40,915 nucleotides of DNA, taken from contig CAYHJU010000003.1 of the NCBI GenBank assembly GCA_964357175.1, positions 1 to 40,915 of the forward strand, read 5' to 3'. Within the stretch, counting starts at the first letter, position 1, and each line of letters begins with the position of its first letter. The stretch comes from an uncultured Candidatus Saccharibacteria bacterium. Its GTDB lineage: Bacteria; Patescibacteriota; Minisyncoccia; GWC2-36-17; CAYHJU01. Both the position numbers and the translations under genes were made by a program. Below the pieces are notes generated by a model. It had not been told where the DNA came from. It did not search any database and worked only from the letters and a program-made list of their open reading frames with translations. This document shows positions 1 through 8,931 of the stretch, piece by piece.

Positions 1-347
1 GCCTTGATGGAGGGGTGGGTGCCCAGTTGGATGGGGAGAAAGATGGGGAAGTTGTTTAGAGAACAACAATAATTCCGACAGGCCACAAAAATTTCTTTCA
101 TTTTTTCTTCATTACCGGCAAAATCCCTAAAATCGACTTCCGTAAGCCCAACTTTTAAGGCGAGCTGTTCCATTGCAAGCATTGCCAAAAGAAAAGGATC
201 ATTCTTGATAACTCGCGCAGTCACGTCCTGTTGCCAAGATGACGCCTTGCGCAATCTTTCAAAGTCTTCCCTTGTGACACCGTGCCGATCAAGAAGTTCA
301 AGAGTTGCCGTAATTTCAGAGTGCGGTGTCCTAATCAGATCTCCCAT
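1..347 (-). CDS. Hypothetical protein, truncated by the window edge and absent from the ORF track; paralog of 19741..20382
   Basis: Manual translation from ATG at 347 (MGDLIRTPHSEIT...NNFPIFLPIQLGTHPSIK) has no stop to position 1. SD AAGGAG at 355-360. Shares NFP.F..IQ.GTH...K with the 213-aa ORF. Confidence 0.85.
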   Translation of the reverse strand, partial: MGDLIRTPHSEITATLELLDRHGVTREDFERLRKASSWQQDVTARVIKNDPFLLAMLAMEQLALKVGLTEVDFRDFAGNEEKMKEIFVACRNYCCSLNNFPIFLPIQLGTHPSIK

Positions 348-498
348 AAGGGATCTCCTTTCGTCGCGTTTTTGCTCCCTCCCAAAGAGGTCGCATCACG
401 CTCTTGCGCTGTCGAGCTTCCGAGTTATTTCGGATTTGCCACAGCAGAAAAACATCCTTGGTAAAGAATTGCTTTCTGCTGTAGCAAATACAATCAAT

Positions 499-551
499 AT
501 TTCAATGTGCTTTAATTAGACGCATTGTATCACATAAAATAGGTCTGTCAA
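499..551 (-). promoter_or_regulatory. Sigma70 promoter (TTGACA-16-TGnTACAAT) followed by a boxA-like GCACATTGAAAT
   Basis: -35 at 546-551, -10 at 524-529 with extended TG, boxA-like at 499-510, all on the minus strand. Confidence 0.65.
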
Positions 552-674
552 CCTATTTTATGCAGAAAAATAATCTGCGTCTCACATTTGATTTTATTAA
601 TAAAAAGCGCGACTGTTGTTTTGAAAAACCATCCACAGACCTGCCATGGTCCCAGTCCCCTTTTTCTTTTTCAA

Positions 675-936
675 GCAGAGAAATAGCTCGCATCTCCCAT
701 TTGCGCAGTGAAGTTAAAACATGTAAACAATTTTCTAATAATTTTATAAAGAAAAGTCTCTTCGACTGAGCGAGCAGGGTCTAGTATTAAAATCCACCAA
801 TTTGGTGGATTTTAATACTAGGAGCGAGGGAAGAAGCGAAGCGATATTTCCACGCTGGGGAAATTGAGCGTCTTTTCGAATAAAGTTATTAGAAAATAAA
901 CACACAAGCATCTGAGAGGCGCAAATTGTTTTCTGC
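675..936. mobile_element. Nested palindromic MITE-like composite: a B-type shell with an A-type element inside
   Basis: Outer imperfect arms 675-691 and 919-936. Inner arms 731-756 and 871-896. Perfect 20-bp palindrome arms 781-800 and 802-821. Motifs 698-713 and 905-918 are exact reverse complements of 19253-19268 and 19100-19113. Confidence 0.6.
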
Positions 937-937
937 C

Positions 938-2755
938 TTATTCTTTTCTTTTTTCTCTTTTTCTCTGCAACGCGCTCAGAATCTTTTTGCGAATCCTTAA
1001 GCTTTTAGGAGTCACTTCCAAAAGCTCGTCGGGACCCACATATTCAAGCGCTAAATCCAAAGTTAATTCGCGCGGCGGAGTCAAAGATATCGCATCATCT
1101 GATCCGGACGCGCGCACATTGGTCAATTTTTTTGTTTTACAAATATTCAATTCCAGATCTGAATCATAAGCATTTTGTCCCACGACCATCCCCTCATAAA
1201 CCTCAATTCCGGAACCGATAAAAAGAACGCCGCGCTGTTGGGCGTTATTTAGTCCATAGGAATTACTTAGGCCCGGCTCACTGACTATTAAGGAGCCGTG
1301 TTTTTTACCCAAAAACGATTGCTCTTTAACTGGCCCATATGAATCAAAGACGTGGTGAATTATCACCATGCCCTTGGTCTTGGTCAAAAGGATGCTCTTG
1401 AGCCCCAGGATGCCTCTGGTGGGTATTACATATTCAAGCGTTACTACTTTCGATTCCCCTGGTATCATGCTTTGCAAAATACCTTCACGCGATCCAATCT
1501 CTTCAATAACCGCCCCTTGAAAATCCTGCGGCACTTCAATAGTCAAATATTCATATGGCTCGCATGTGGCTCCATTAATTTCTTTTAGAATAACTTCCGG
1601 CTGTGAAATTTGCATTTCAAATCCTTCACGGCGCATCGTTTCAATTAAAATTGCCAGCTGAAGCTCTCCTCTGCCAGAAACCAAAAAGGTGTCCGTGTTC
1701 TCTGTGGCCTGCACGCGCAAAGAAACATTGATTTCTATTTCTTTAAATAATCTTTCGCGAATATTACGTGATGTTACCAAGCTTCCCTCTCTGCCAGAAA
1801 ATGGACTAGTATTTACGCCAAAGGTCATTTTTACTGTCGGCTCATCAACCAAAAGTGGCGGCAAGGGAACCAAATCTCTGATGTCTGACAAAGTTTCACC
1901 TATAGAAACTTCCAAAAATCCTGAAATCGCCACAATGTCTCCGGCTCTGGCGCTCTCAATTTCTTTGCGAAGCAGGCCCTGATAAGCCAAAAGCGCAGTA
2001 ACTTTTCCGTTTGTTTTACTGCCATCAATTTTAAGTTCCACTAGTTGGTCACTTTTTTTAACTTCACCTGACTGAATTTTGCCTATCGCCATTTTGCCCT
2101 TGTAATTATCATAGCCCAAATCAACTACTAACATTTTAAATATCTCGCCCTCATTTATCGTGGGCGGAGGAATATGTTTTAAAATTGTTTCAAAAAGAGG
2201 TATCAGATCTTTACCGTTACCATCACTTTCAAGTGAAGCTGTACCATTTACTGCTGAGGCATATACTATATGAAAATCTAATTGTTCCGGGCTTGCGCCA
2301 AGCTCAACAAACAAATCAAAAGTTTTGTCCACCACTTCATTAATTCGGGCGTCTTTTCGGTCAATTTTATTTATTACTACTATCGCTTTTAAGTTTTTTT
2401 CCAGCGCCTTTTTTAAAACAAAACGAGTTTGAGGCATTGGCCCTTCTTTGGCATCAACCAAAAGCAAAACTCCATCAACCATATTTAAAGTTCTTTCAAC
2501 TTCTCCGCCAAAATCAGCATGTCCCGGGGTATCTACTATATTTATTTTTGTATCTTTGTAATAAATGCTCGCGTTTTTTGCTTTAATAGTGATGCCTCTT
2601 TCTTTTTCCAAATCCATAGAATCCATGATGCGCTCACCCATTTCCTCAATATTTCTCATCGCGCTGGTTTGGCGAAGCATGGCGTCCACCAAAGTGGTTT
2701 TGCCATGATCAACGTGAGCTATGATAGCTATATTTCTTATGTCGTTTCTTTGCAT
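938..2755 (-). CDS. typA: Translational GTPase TypA/BipA
   Basis: [44 protein letters not shown] and C-terminal [12 protein letters not shown]. Start moved to ATG 2755 (MQRNDIRN). Confidence 0.97.
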   Translation of the reverse strand: MQRNDIRNIAIIAHVDHGKTTLVDAMLRQTSAMRNIEEMGERIMDSMDLEKERGITIKAKNASIYYKDTKINIVDTPGHADFGGEVERTLNMVDGVLLLVDAKEGPMPQTRFVLKKALEKNLKAIVVINKIDRKDARINEVVDKTFDLFVELGASPEQLDFHIVYASAVNGTASLESDGNGKDLIPLFETILKHIPPPTINEGEIFKMLVVDLGYDNYKGKMAIGKIQSGEVKKSDQLVELKIDGSKTNGKVTALLAYQGLLRKEIESARAGDIVAISGFLEVSIGETLSDIRDLVPLPPLLVDEPTVKMTFGVNTSPFSGREGSLVTSRNIRERLFKEIEINVSLRVQATENTDTFLVSGRGELQLAILIETMRREGFEMQISQPEVILKEINGATCEPYEYLTIEVPQDFQGAVIEEIGSREGILQSMIPGESKVVTLEYVIPTRGILGLKSILLTKTKGMVIIHHVFDSYGPVKEQSFLGKKHGSLIVSEPGLSNSYGLNNAQQRGVLFIGSGIEVYEGMVVGQNAYDSDLELNICKTKKLTNVRASGSDDAISLTPPRELTLDLALEYVGPDELLEVTPKSLRIRKKILSALQRKREKRKE

Positions 2756-2820
2756 ATGTTTCAATCTCAAAAATAAAATCTCAAATCTCAAGGCCTTTAG
2801 AATAAAATCGAAAGGCTTTT

Positions 2821-2924
2821 TGTCTGTAGTCGGGAGACAGGTAGCAAAAGACCTCGAATGCTTTCGCCACGAGGTCTTCGGCCGACTTAGATCAAAGGGG
2901 ATCTTGCGATCCCGCTCATCTAAG
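2821..2924 (-). ncRNA. Candidate structured leader RNA upstream of typA
   Basis: Stem GGGATC-GCAA-GATCCC inside CTTAGAT/ATCTAAG, and stem AAGACCTCG...GC-GAAA-GC...CGAGGTCTT enclosed by GTCGG/CCGAC. Both loops are GNRA only on the transcribed strand. Confidence 0.45.
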
Positions 2925-2927
2925 GAC

Positions 2928-2955
2928 AGTATAGCAGATTATAAGTTCTTGTCAA
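2928..2955 (-). promoter_or_regulatory. typA promoter GGGG-TTGACA-16-TGnTATACT
   Basis: -35 at 2950-2955 and -10 at 2928-2933 on the minus strand. Confidence 0.75.
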
Positions 2956-3013
2956 CCCCTCACGGTAATGTGTATACTCATATTGCACTTTTAAGATAAT
3001 TTGATTCCGTCAA

Positions 3014-3048
3014 TAAAACCGCCCTGAGCTTGTTGAGAGGTGGTTTTA
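3014..3048. terminator. Possible hairpin terminator downstream of secY
   Basis: TAAAACCGCCCT...AGAGGTGGTTTTA imperfect inverted repeat; no clear U tract. Confidence 0.35.
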
Positions 3049-3071
3049 AGATTTTTCAAATAATTTATAAA

Positions 3072-3206
3072 CCCCCACACCTAATAAGCGCAAAATTCTT
3101 GACAAAGTTAAGCTTGAAAGAATTAACTTGTGGAATTATTAATAAAACGTGTTTATTAAATTGGTAACTGAATTTTAAAACTTTGCGCGCTTATTAGGTG
3201 TGGGGG
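3072..3206. mobile_element. 135-bp MITE with 20-bp perfect TIRs and a 4-bp TAAA target duplication
   Basis: CCCCCACACCTAATAAGCGC at 3072-3091 and its reverse complement at 3187-3206. TAAA at 3068-3071 and 3207-3210. No ORF. Confidence 0.8.
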
Positions 3207-3217
3207 TAAAATCCAAA

Positions 3218-4489
3218 CTAGAATCCTTCGTATTCTCTCATTGTGAGCTGGGAATCAATTTGTTGCATGCTATCCAACAAAACTGCCACTACGATTAAAA
3301 TGGCGGTGCCGCCGATTGTAAGAGTTTTAAAATTAGTCGCATATTGCACCACTAAAGGAATGACAGCCACCGTTCCCAAAAATACCGCTCCCCAAAAAGT
3401 GATGCGTCTTATAATATGGGAAAGATAATCCATGGTGGACGCGCCTGGGCGAATGCCCGGAATAAATCCGCCTTGCTTTTGCATGTTCTCGGCAATGGCT
3501 TTGGGATCAAACACTATGGCCGTATAAAAATAAGTAAACGCCACCACCAGGACAAAGTAAAGCATACCGTAGACTAACTGATTCTGAAAAAACACTTGCA
3601 TGGACCTGGCAAAATTTGCCAACCAAGGTATTGGGGTCGCTGATAAAATTCCCGCTAAAATATTGGGAAACAATAAAAGCGAGAGCGCAAAAATAATAGG
3701 TATCATTCCCGCCTGATTAACACGAATAGGTAGATAAGTAGAAGATCCGCCATATACACGGTTGCCTCTGATTCTTTTCGCGTAAGCCACCGGAACGTTT
3801 CTTTGAGCCTCTGTGATAAACACCACCCCACCCACCACGATGACCGTAATGGCCAAAAATGCCACGTAAGAGGGAATTTGACTGGGATCATAGGTAGTAA
3901 TCAATTGTTTTAAGTCCTGAGGCAAGCCCGCAACGATACCAGCAAATATCAAAAGAGAAATACCATTGCCTATGCTTTTTTCAGAGATCAATTCTCCAAG
4001 CCACATTAAAAGAATTGAGCCGGCAGTAGCCACTATTATATTAAAGGCGATGCTAAGAGGTGTCAGCGCGCCAAGAAGATTCTGGCGCTGAAGGATAACG
4101 ATCAAGCTGTATGCCTGAAGTAGCGCCAGAGGAACAGTCAAAATGCGAGTGTATTGGTTAAATTTGCGACGTCCCGCCTCTCCTCCTTCCTGATACATTT
4201 CTTTTAGAGAAGGAAAGATCATGGTTAAAAGCTGTAAAATGATAGATGAGGTTACATATGGACCAACTCCGAGCATCATCAAAGACATCTGGCTCAAAGC
4301 TCCTCCGGAAAAAAGGTTGATCATTCCGAAAATCTGACTGCCTTCAAAATACGCCTTGATCTGATCGACGTCTATGCCGGGAATCGGGATGGACGCGAAC
4401 AATCTAAAGACAACCAAAATGCCCACAACATAAAGTATTTTATTGCGGATCTCTTTTACTTTAAAAATTTGATATATTTTTTCCCACAT
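3218..4489 (-). CDS. secY: Preprotein translocase SecY
   Basis: VFRLFASIPIPG, LGVGPYVTSSII, SIGNGISLLIFAG, QAGMIPIIFA, FIPGIRPG. Start ATG 4489. Confidence 0.98.
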   Translation of the reverse strand: MWEKIYQIFKVKEIRNKILYVVGILVVFRLFASIPIPGIDVDQIKAYFEGSQIFGMINLFSGGALSQMSLMMLGVGPYVTSSIILQLLTMIFPSLKEMYQEGGEAGRRKFNQYTRILTVPLALLQAYSLIVILQRQNLLGALTPLSIAFNIIVATAGSILLMWLGELISEKSIGNGISLLIFAGIVAGLPQDLKQLITTYDPSQIPSYVAFLAITVIVVGGVVFITEAQRNVPVAYAKRIRGNRVYGGSSTYLPIRVNQAGMIPIIFALSLLLFPNILAGILSATPIPWLANFARSMQVFFQNQLVYGMLYFVLVVAFTYFYTAIVFDPKAIAENMQKQGGFIPGIRPGASTMDYLSHIIRRITFWGAVFLGTVAVIPLVVQYATNFKTLTIGGTAILIVVAVLLDSMQQIDSQLTMREYEGF

Positions 4490-4494
4490 GATCA

Positions 4495-4932
4495 CTAACT
4501 AATTTTTCCGCCGCTTTTTAAAAGCTTCTCCTTAGAATTTTTAGAAAGAACACAATGAGACACATGGAATTTTTTGCTCAAATTCCCGTCCGATAAAATT
4601 TTCACGCTGGGCACATGTCCCTTGTATAGATTTATCAATTTATTTTCCAAAAGAATTTTTGGATTAATCATGCTACCGTCCGAGAAAGCTTTTTCTAGTT
4701 GCTCTAAATTAACCGTAACAAAATGTTCACGTTTTATTTGAGACATTCTATATCCTCTTTTTTTAGGAAATTTTTTAAGTGTCTCTCTAAAAGCTGGACG
4801 GATCTTGTGCCCTGCTCGGGACTTTTGACCCTTGGTTCCGCGTCCAGATGAAGCGCCCTTTTTTCCTCCACGAGCTATTCGCTTTTTGAAAACTCTGGGA
4901 TTTTTGGGTTTAATTGTGTTTAAAGTTACCAT
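4495..4932 (-). CDS. rplO: 50S ribosomal protein L15
   Basis: RIARGGKKGASSGRGTKGQKSRAG, VTVNLEQL; position in spc operon. Confidence 0.95.
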   Translation of the reverse strand: MVTLNTIKPKNPRVFKKRIARGGKKGASSGRGTKGQKSRAGHKIRPAFRETLKKFPKKRGYRMSQIKREHFVTVNLEQLEKAFSDGSMINPKILLENKLINLYKGHVPSVKILSDGNLSKKFHVSHCVLSKNSKEKLLKSGGKIS

Positions 4933-4937
4933 AAAAT

Positions 4938-5411
4938 TTAATGCTGTTGTCTTTTACTTTTAAGTTGGCCCAAGGCCGCCACCGCGGCCCTAGCTATGCT
5001 TATTTTGTTTGATCCTTTGCTTAAAACTTTGGCGCTAATATTTTCTATGCCTGCCAATTCACAAACCGTCCGTAAGGCGCCTCCGGCAATAACACCGGAG
5101 CCTTTGGGAGCGGGCTTGATAAACACTTTGACGCTTTTATACTTCATATTAACTTCGTGCGGAATAGTTTTATCTTTGATCAAAACAGTTTTCATATTCT
5201 TTTTGGCATCTCTAACGGCCTTGTCTATAGACATAGAGACATCCGCGCCCTTACCTATGCCCACGCCGACTTTGCCTTTTTTATTACCCAAAACTATGGT
5301 TGCTCTAAAGTTAAAGCGTTTACCGCCAGCTACTACACGAGTAACACGGTCAATTGCCAAAACTCTTTGGTCAAATTCTGAAGTTTCGCCTTTTCTTAAA
5401 AATTTAGACAT
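4938..5411 (-). CDS. rpsE: 30S ribosomal protein S5
   Basis: DRVTRVVAGGKRFNFRA, PAPKGSGVIAGG. Confidence 0.97.
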   Translation of the reverse strand: MSKFLRKGETSEFDQRVLAIDRVTRVVAGGKRFNFRATIVLGNKKGKVGVGIGKGADVSMSIDKAVRDAKKNMKTVLIKDKTIPHEVNMKYKSVKVFIKPAPKGSGVIAGGALRTVCELAGIENISAKVLSKGSNKISIARAAVAALGQLKSKRQQH

Positions 5412-5426
5412 AAAACATTTTTCTAA

Positions 5427-5792
5427 TTAAAATATTAATCCGGACAAGCGAGCGCCGTTTGCCACCGCCTTCACTCGGCCATGATATTTATAACCTCCGC
5501 GATCAAAAACCACTCTTTTGATGCCTTTCTCTTTAGCCAACTCCGCCAATTTTTTAGCAGCTAGATCAGCTTTTTGGGACTTGGTCATTTTTTTCTTATC
5601 TTCCAACAATCTATCATCAAAACTCACCAGGGTCTTGCCTGATTCATCGTCAATCAATTGCAAAAACACATGCTTGGAGCTTCTGAAGACGGATAGGCGA
5701 GGAATTTTCGCTGTGCCCTTAACCAAAGCTCGCACTCTTTTGTGCCTTCGGATTAAATTTAATTTATTTTTATTTTTTGATCTGTTGTTCAT
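5427..5792 (-). CDS. rplR: 50S ribosomal protein L18
   Basis: PRLSVFRSSKH, VVFDRGGYKYHGRVKA. Confidence 0.97.
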   Translation of the reverse strand: MNNRSKNKNKLNLIRRHKRVRALVKGTAKIPRLSVFRSSKHVFLQLIDDESGKTLVSFDDRLLEDKKKMTKSQKADLAAKKLAELAKEKGIKRVVFDRGGYKYHGRVKAVANGARLSGLIF

Positions 5793-5811
5793 AATTTAAT
5801 CGATTAAGAGA

Positions 5812-6357
5812 TTAGGAGGACGCTGTAGCGGCTTTCTTTCCGGCTTTACGTCTGATTTTTTCTCCTAAATAATGTATGCCCTTGCCTTTGTATGGTTCGG
5901 GTTTTTTGACTGCCCGAATATTTGCCGCCACCTGCCCAACCAATGTCTTGTCAAAACCCGATACTGTTATAGTATTTTTTTCTACGGAAATTTTAATGCC
6001 TTCCGGAGCTTCTAGCTCAACAGGATGAGAAAATCCGACAGTTAAAGTCAACTTATTTCCGGACATGGCGGCGCGATAACCCACCCCTTCTATTTCCAAT
6101 TTTCTTTCAAATCCTTCGCTGACACCTTTTACCATATTGGCCACCAGCGCGCGTGTTAGCCCCCACAAAGCCGGAGTAGATTTAGTTTTTTTCAACGGAG
6201 TTATTATTAATTGATCGCCCTCAAGATTAATATCCACTTCAGGCAAAAAACTATACGAAAGCTGTCCCAACTTACCTTTTACGATAATATTGGGTTTCTC
6301 CAATGTGATTTGCACATCTTTGGGTACGCTTATTGGTTTTTTACCTATACGGGACAT
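5812..6357 (-). CDS. rplF: 50S ribosomal protein L6
   Basis: MSRIGKKPI, GVGYRA, KPEPYKGKGI. Confidence 0.98.
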   Translation of the reverse strand: MSRIGKKPISVPKDVQITLEKPNIIVKGKLGQLSYSFLPEVDINLEGDQLIITPLKKTKSTPALWGLTRALVANMVKGVSEGFERKLEIEGVGYRAAMSGNKLTLTVGFSHPVELEAPEGIKISVEKNTITVSGFDKTLVGQVAANIRAVKKPEPYKGKGIHYLGEKIRRKAGKKAATASS

Positions 6358-6487
6358 AATATAATAAAATTTTTAATTTCTAATTTCTAAACAATTTTCA
6401 ATGATTTAATTTTCAAACTTTTTAATTAGAAATTGAGTAATTGGAAATTGTTTGAAAATTGAGAATTGATAATTGAAAATTAATAAT
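6358..6487. repeat. AT-rich 7-nt-periodic hairpin element, copy 1
   Basis: AATTTCT and GAAAATT units forming an imperfect inverted repeat; about 8 differences from copy 2 over about 133 bp. Confidence 0.85.
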
Positions 6488-6877
6488 CTACCAGACTTCG
6501 CAGATAACCTCTCCGCCAACCTTTAATTTACGCGCCTCACTGTCGGACAAAACACCTTTGGGCGTAGAAACAATAGCCATCCCATAACCCTGCTTTACTG
6601 GTTTTAATTCTGAAATTTTACAGTAAACTCTGCGGCTAGGCTTGCTGACCCTTTTAATACTGGACATCACCGGCTTGCCCTCTGAATCATACTTCAAGAC
6701 AATCTCAAGGCTTTTGTTCAATTTTTTTCCGCTTTTTTCATATTGACCGATAAATCCTTCTCTTTGCAAAATTTTCACCAAAAGCAAATTCATAGCAGAA
6801 TAAGGCACGGCCACTTTGGTGTGCCTCGCCATTTGAGCGTTCCTTATGATGGTTAACATGTTAGCTATAGAGTCCAT
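6488..6877 (-). CDS. rpsH: 30S ribosomal protein S8
   Basis: MDSIANMLTIIRNA, SKPSRRVY, IVSTPKGV, GGEVICEVW. Confidence 0.98.
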   Translation of the reverse strand: MDSIANMLTIIRNAQMARHTKVAVPYSAMNLLLVKILQREGFIGQYEKSGKKLNKSLEIVLKYDSEGKPVMSSIKRVSKPSRRVYCKISELKPVKQGYGMAIVSTPKGVLSDSEARKLKVGGEVICEVW

Positions 6878-7007
6878 GATATAATAAAATTTCTAATTTT
6901 TAATTTCTAAACAATTTTTAATGATTTAATTTCCAAACTTTTTAATTAGAAATTGGATAATTGGAAATTGTTTGAAAATTGAGAATTGATAATTGAAAAT
7001 TAATAAC
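6878..7007. repeat. AT-rich 7-nt-periodic hairpin element, copy 2
   Basis: Near-identical direct repeat of 6358-6487. Confidence 0.85.
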
Positions 7008-7193
7008 CTACCAACTTGATTTTTTAACTCCTGGAATTTCGCCACGATTTGCCATTTCTCTAAAACATATACGGCATAAATCAAAATCTCTGATATAGCC
7101 TCTTTTTCTTCCGCATCGAAAACAGCGATTTGTTTTGCGCGTAGAATATTTCGGTTTTTTTCTTGCTTTGGCTTTTTGAGCTTCCGTGGCCAT
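7008..7193 (-). CDS. rpsN: 30S ribosomal protein S14, zinc-binding short type
   Basis: RCFRCGR...[10 protein letters not shown]...IPGVKKSSW with two CxxC pairs. Confidence 0.97.
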   Translation of the reverse strand: MATEAQKAKARKKPKYSTRKTNRCFRCGRKRGYIRDFDLCRICFREMANRGEIPGVKKSSW

Positions 7194-7224
7194 AATTGTT
7201 ATTTATAGTGAGCTTGTCAAACTA

Positions 7225-7782
7225 TTATTTTTTACGGGCTTCTTCCTTGGCAAAAGGAATTCCTATTTCCTGAAATAAAACGCGAGCGCTTTCTTTATTT
7301 TTAGCACTTGTGACAATAGTTACCTCCAAGCCAAAAACATTGCGCAAATCTTCAAGAGAAACTTCTGGAAATACTATATGCTCCTTGACGCCGATGGTCA
7401 AGTTGCCGGACTTATCTATGCACTTTGCATTAATACCACGAAAGTCCCTTAGGCGCGGAAGAGTTAAAAATATGAAACGGGTTAAGAAGTCCCACATTCT
7501 TTTTCCGCGCAAAGTAGCCACAAGACCTATTTCCACGCCCTCACGAACCTTGAATCCCGCGATAGATTTTTTGGCTTTTCTTTTGGTGGGTTTTTGTCCG
7601 ACTATCAGAGTAAAGTCTCTGTCTATGGTTTCCAGCGCTTTTTCATCCTTTAAAAATTTTCCTATGCCTGTATTTACAACCACCTTTTTAATTCTAGGAA
7701 CGGCCAAGCTATTGCTTAAATGCAATTCTGTTTTTAGACGCGGCACGGTTTCTGTTTGATATTTTTCAAATAATGTTTTCAT
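7225..7782 (-). CDS. rplE: 50S ribosomal protein L5
   Basis: VPRIKKVVVNTG, IAGFKVREG, LPRLRDFRG. Confidence 0.98.
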   Translation of the reverse strand: MKTLFEKYQTETVPRLKTELHLSNSLAVPRIKKVVVNTGIGKFLKDEKALETIDRDFTLIVGQKPTKRKAKKSIAGFKVREGVEIGLVATLRGKRMWDFLTRFIFLTLPRLRDFRGINAKCIDKSGNLTIGVKEHIVFPEVSLEDLRNVFGLEVTIVTSAKNKESARVLFQEIGIPFAKEEARKK

Positions 7783-7788
7783 ATTGAT

Positions 7789-8097
7789 TTATTGCACTAT
7801 GGTCTTACATTTTTTACAAAAACGAATTTTCTTGCCCCCTTCCAGACGATAACCGACTCGAGTCGGTTTCGAGCAACTAGGACAAACTAATGCCGCGTTG
7901 GCTGAAGATATTGGAGTTGGGAATTCAACTCTCTGTCCTTTTTGCCCCTGTTTTTTGGGCTTTACGTGTTTTTTATGCAAAGACACTCCCTCCACTAGGA
8001 CTTTTGACACCTTGGGCAAAACACGCGCAATGACACCCGTTTTCCCATGGTCTTTACCTTTTAAAATGTATACTTTGTCGCCTTTTTTTAATCTCAT
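7789..8097 (-). CDS. rplX: 50S ribosomal protein L24
   Basis: KKGDKVYILKGKDHGKTG, KVLVEGV. Confidence 0.96.
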   Translation of the reverse strand: MRLKKGDKVYILKGKDHGKTGVIARVLPKVSKVLVEGVSLHKKHVKPKKQGQKGQRVEFPTPISSANAALVCPSCSKPTRVGYRLEGGKKIRFCKKCKTIVQ

Positions 8098-8099
8098 AT

Positions 8100-8465
8100 T
8101 TAAATTATTTCCTGTGCCAAAGAAGCTATTTTGGAAAAACCTCTGTCTTTAATCTCTTTGGGAATCGGGCCGAAAATGCGTCCGCCCTTGGGCTCCATAC
8201 CATCTAAAATAACTATGGCATTCTCATCAAATTTTACATAGGACCCATCTTTTCTTCTAAAAGGACGCACTTGTCTCACTATCACCCCCTTAACAATGTC
8301 GCTTTTTTTAACGGCCTTACGCGGCTCGGCAATCTTCACCGTTCCGACAACCAAATCGCCGATTTGACCCCATTTTCTTTTTGATCCGCCCAAAACCAAA
8401 ATAATCTGCACCAGCTTGGCGCCTGTATTATCAGCTACTTTTACCATTGTGCGTAATTGGATCAT
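8100..8465 (-). CDS. rplN: 50S ribosomal protein L14
   Basis: MIQLRTMVKVADNTGAK, RKDGSYVKFDENA, RIFGPI. Confidence 0.98.
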   Translation of the reverse strand: MIQLRTMVKVADNTGAKLVQIILVLGGSKRKWGQIGDLVVGTVKIAEPRKAVKKSDIVKGVIVRQVRPFRRKDGSYVKFDENAIVILDGMEPKGGRIFGPIPKEIKDRGFSKIASLAQEII

Positions 8466-8484
8466 ATTTTTATTATATTTTCAC

Positions 8485-8727
8485 TTACTTGCTTAAAACC
8501 TTCCATCTTTTATCTTTAGAAATGGGCCTTGTTTCAATCATTTCAACGCGATCGCCTATTTTGTGTAGGTTTTCTTCATCGTGCGCCTTAAATTTCTTAA
8601 CGACAGTATAATATTTTTTATACTTTGGATGTTTTTTAACCTCTTCAACAGCCACAACTATTGTTTTGTTCATCTTGTCAGAAACCACCACCCCTTTAAG
8701 TTTTCTTGGGAATTTTTTTATGGCCAT
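8485..8727 (-). CDS. rpsQ: 30S ribosomal protein S17
   Basis: [25 protein letters not shown]. Confidence 0.97.
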   Translation of the reverse strand: MAIKKFPRKLKGVVVSDKMNKTIVVAVEEVKKHPKYKKYYTVVKKFKAHDEENLHKIGDRVEMIETRPISKDKRWKVLSK

Positions 8728-8730
8728 AAC

Positions 8731-8931
8731 TTAGTTTTGCGATAATTTATTTGAATTATTTAAAACCGTCATAATTCTAGCGATATCTTTTTTTATTTTT
8801 TTAATCTTAGCCACATTGCTCACCTGACCATAGGATAGATTAAATCTCACCTGACGCAACTCCTCCTGTAAATCAAACAGGTCTTTTTTTAATTCACTTT
8901 CATTTTTATTTTGTAATTCTTTTATTTTCAT
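8731..8931 (-). CDS. rpmC: 50S ribosomal protein L29
   Basis: ELRQVRF...[13 protein letters not shown]; position between rplP and rpsQ. Confidence 0.93.
   Translation of the reverse strand: MKIKELQNKNESELKKDLFDLQEELRQVRFNLSYGQVSNVAKIKKIKKDIARIMTVLNNSNKLSQN

Noticed and set aside
2886-2924. Hammerhead ribozyme or c-di-GMP riboswitch in the typA leader
   Set aside because: The core reads TAGATGAG rather than CTGATGA with no GAAA after stem II, and the GGCAAAC/GACGCAAAGC motifs are absent.
6358-7010. CRISPR array or tandem repeat interpretation of the recurring AT-rich blocks
   Set aside because: Units are about 130 bp, low complexity and separated by whole genes; there is no repeat-spacer periodicity and no cas gene.
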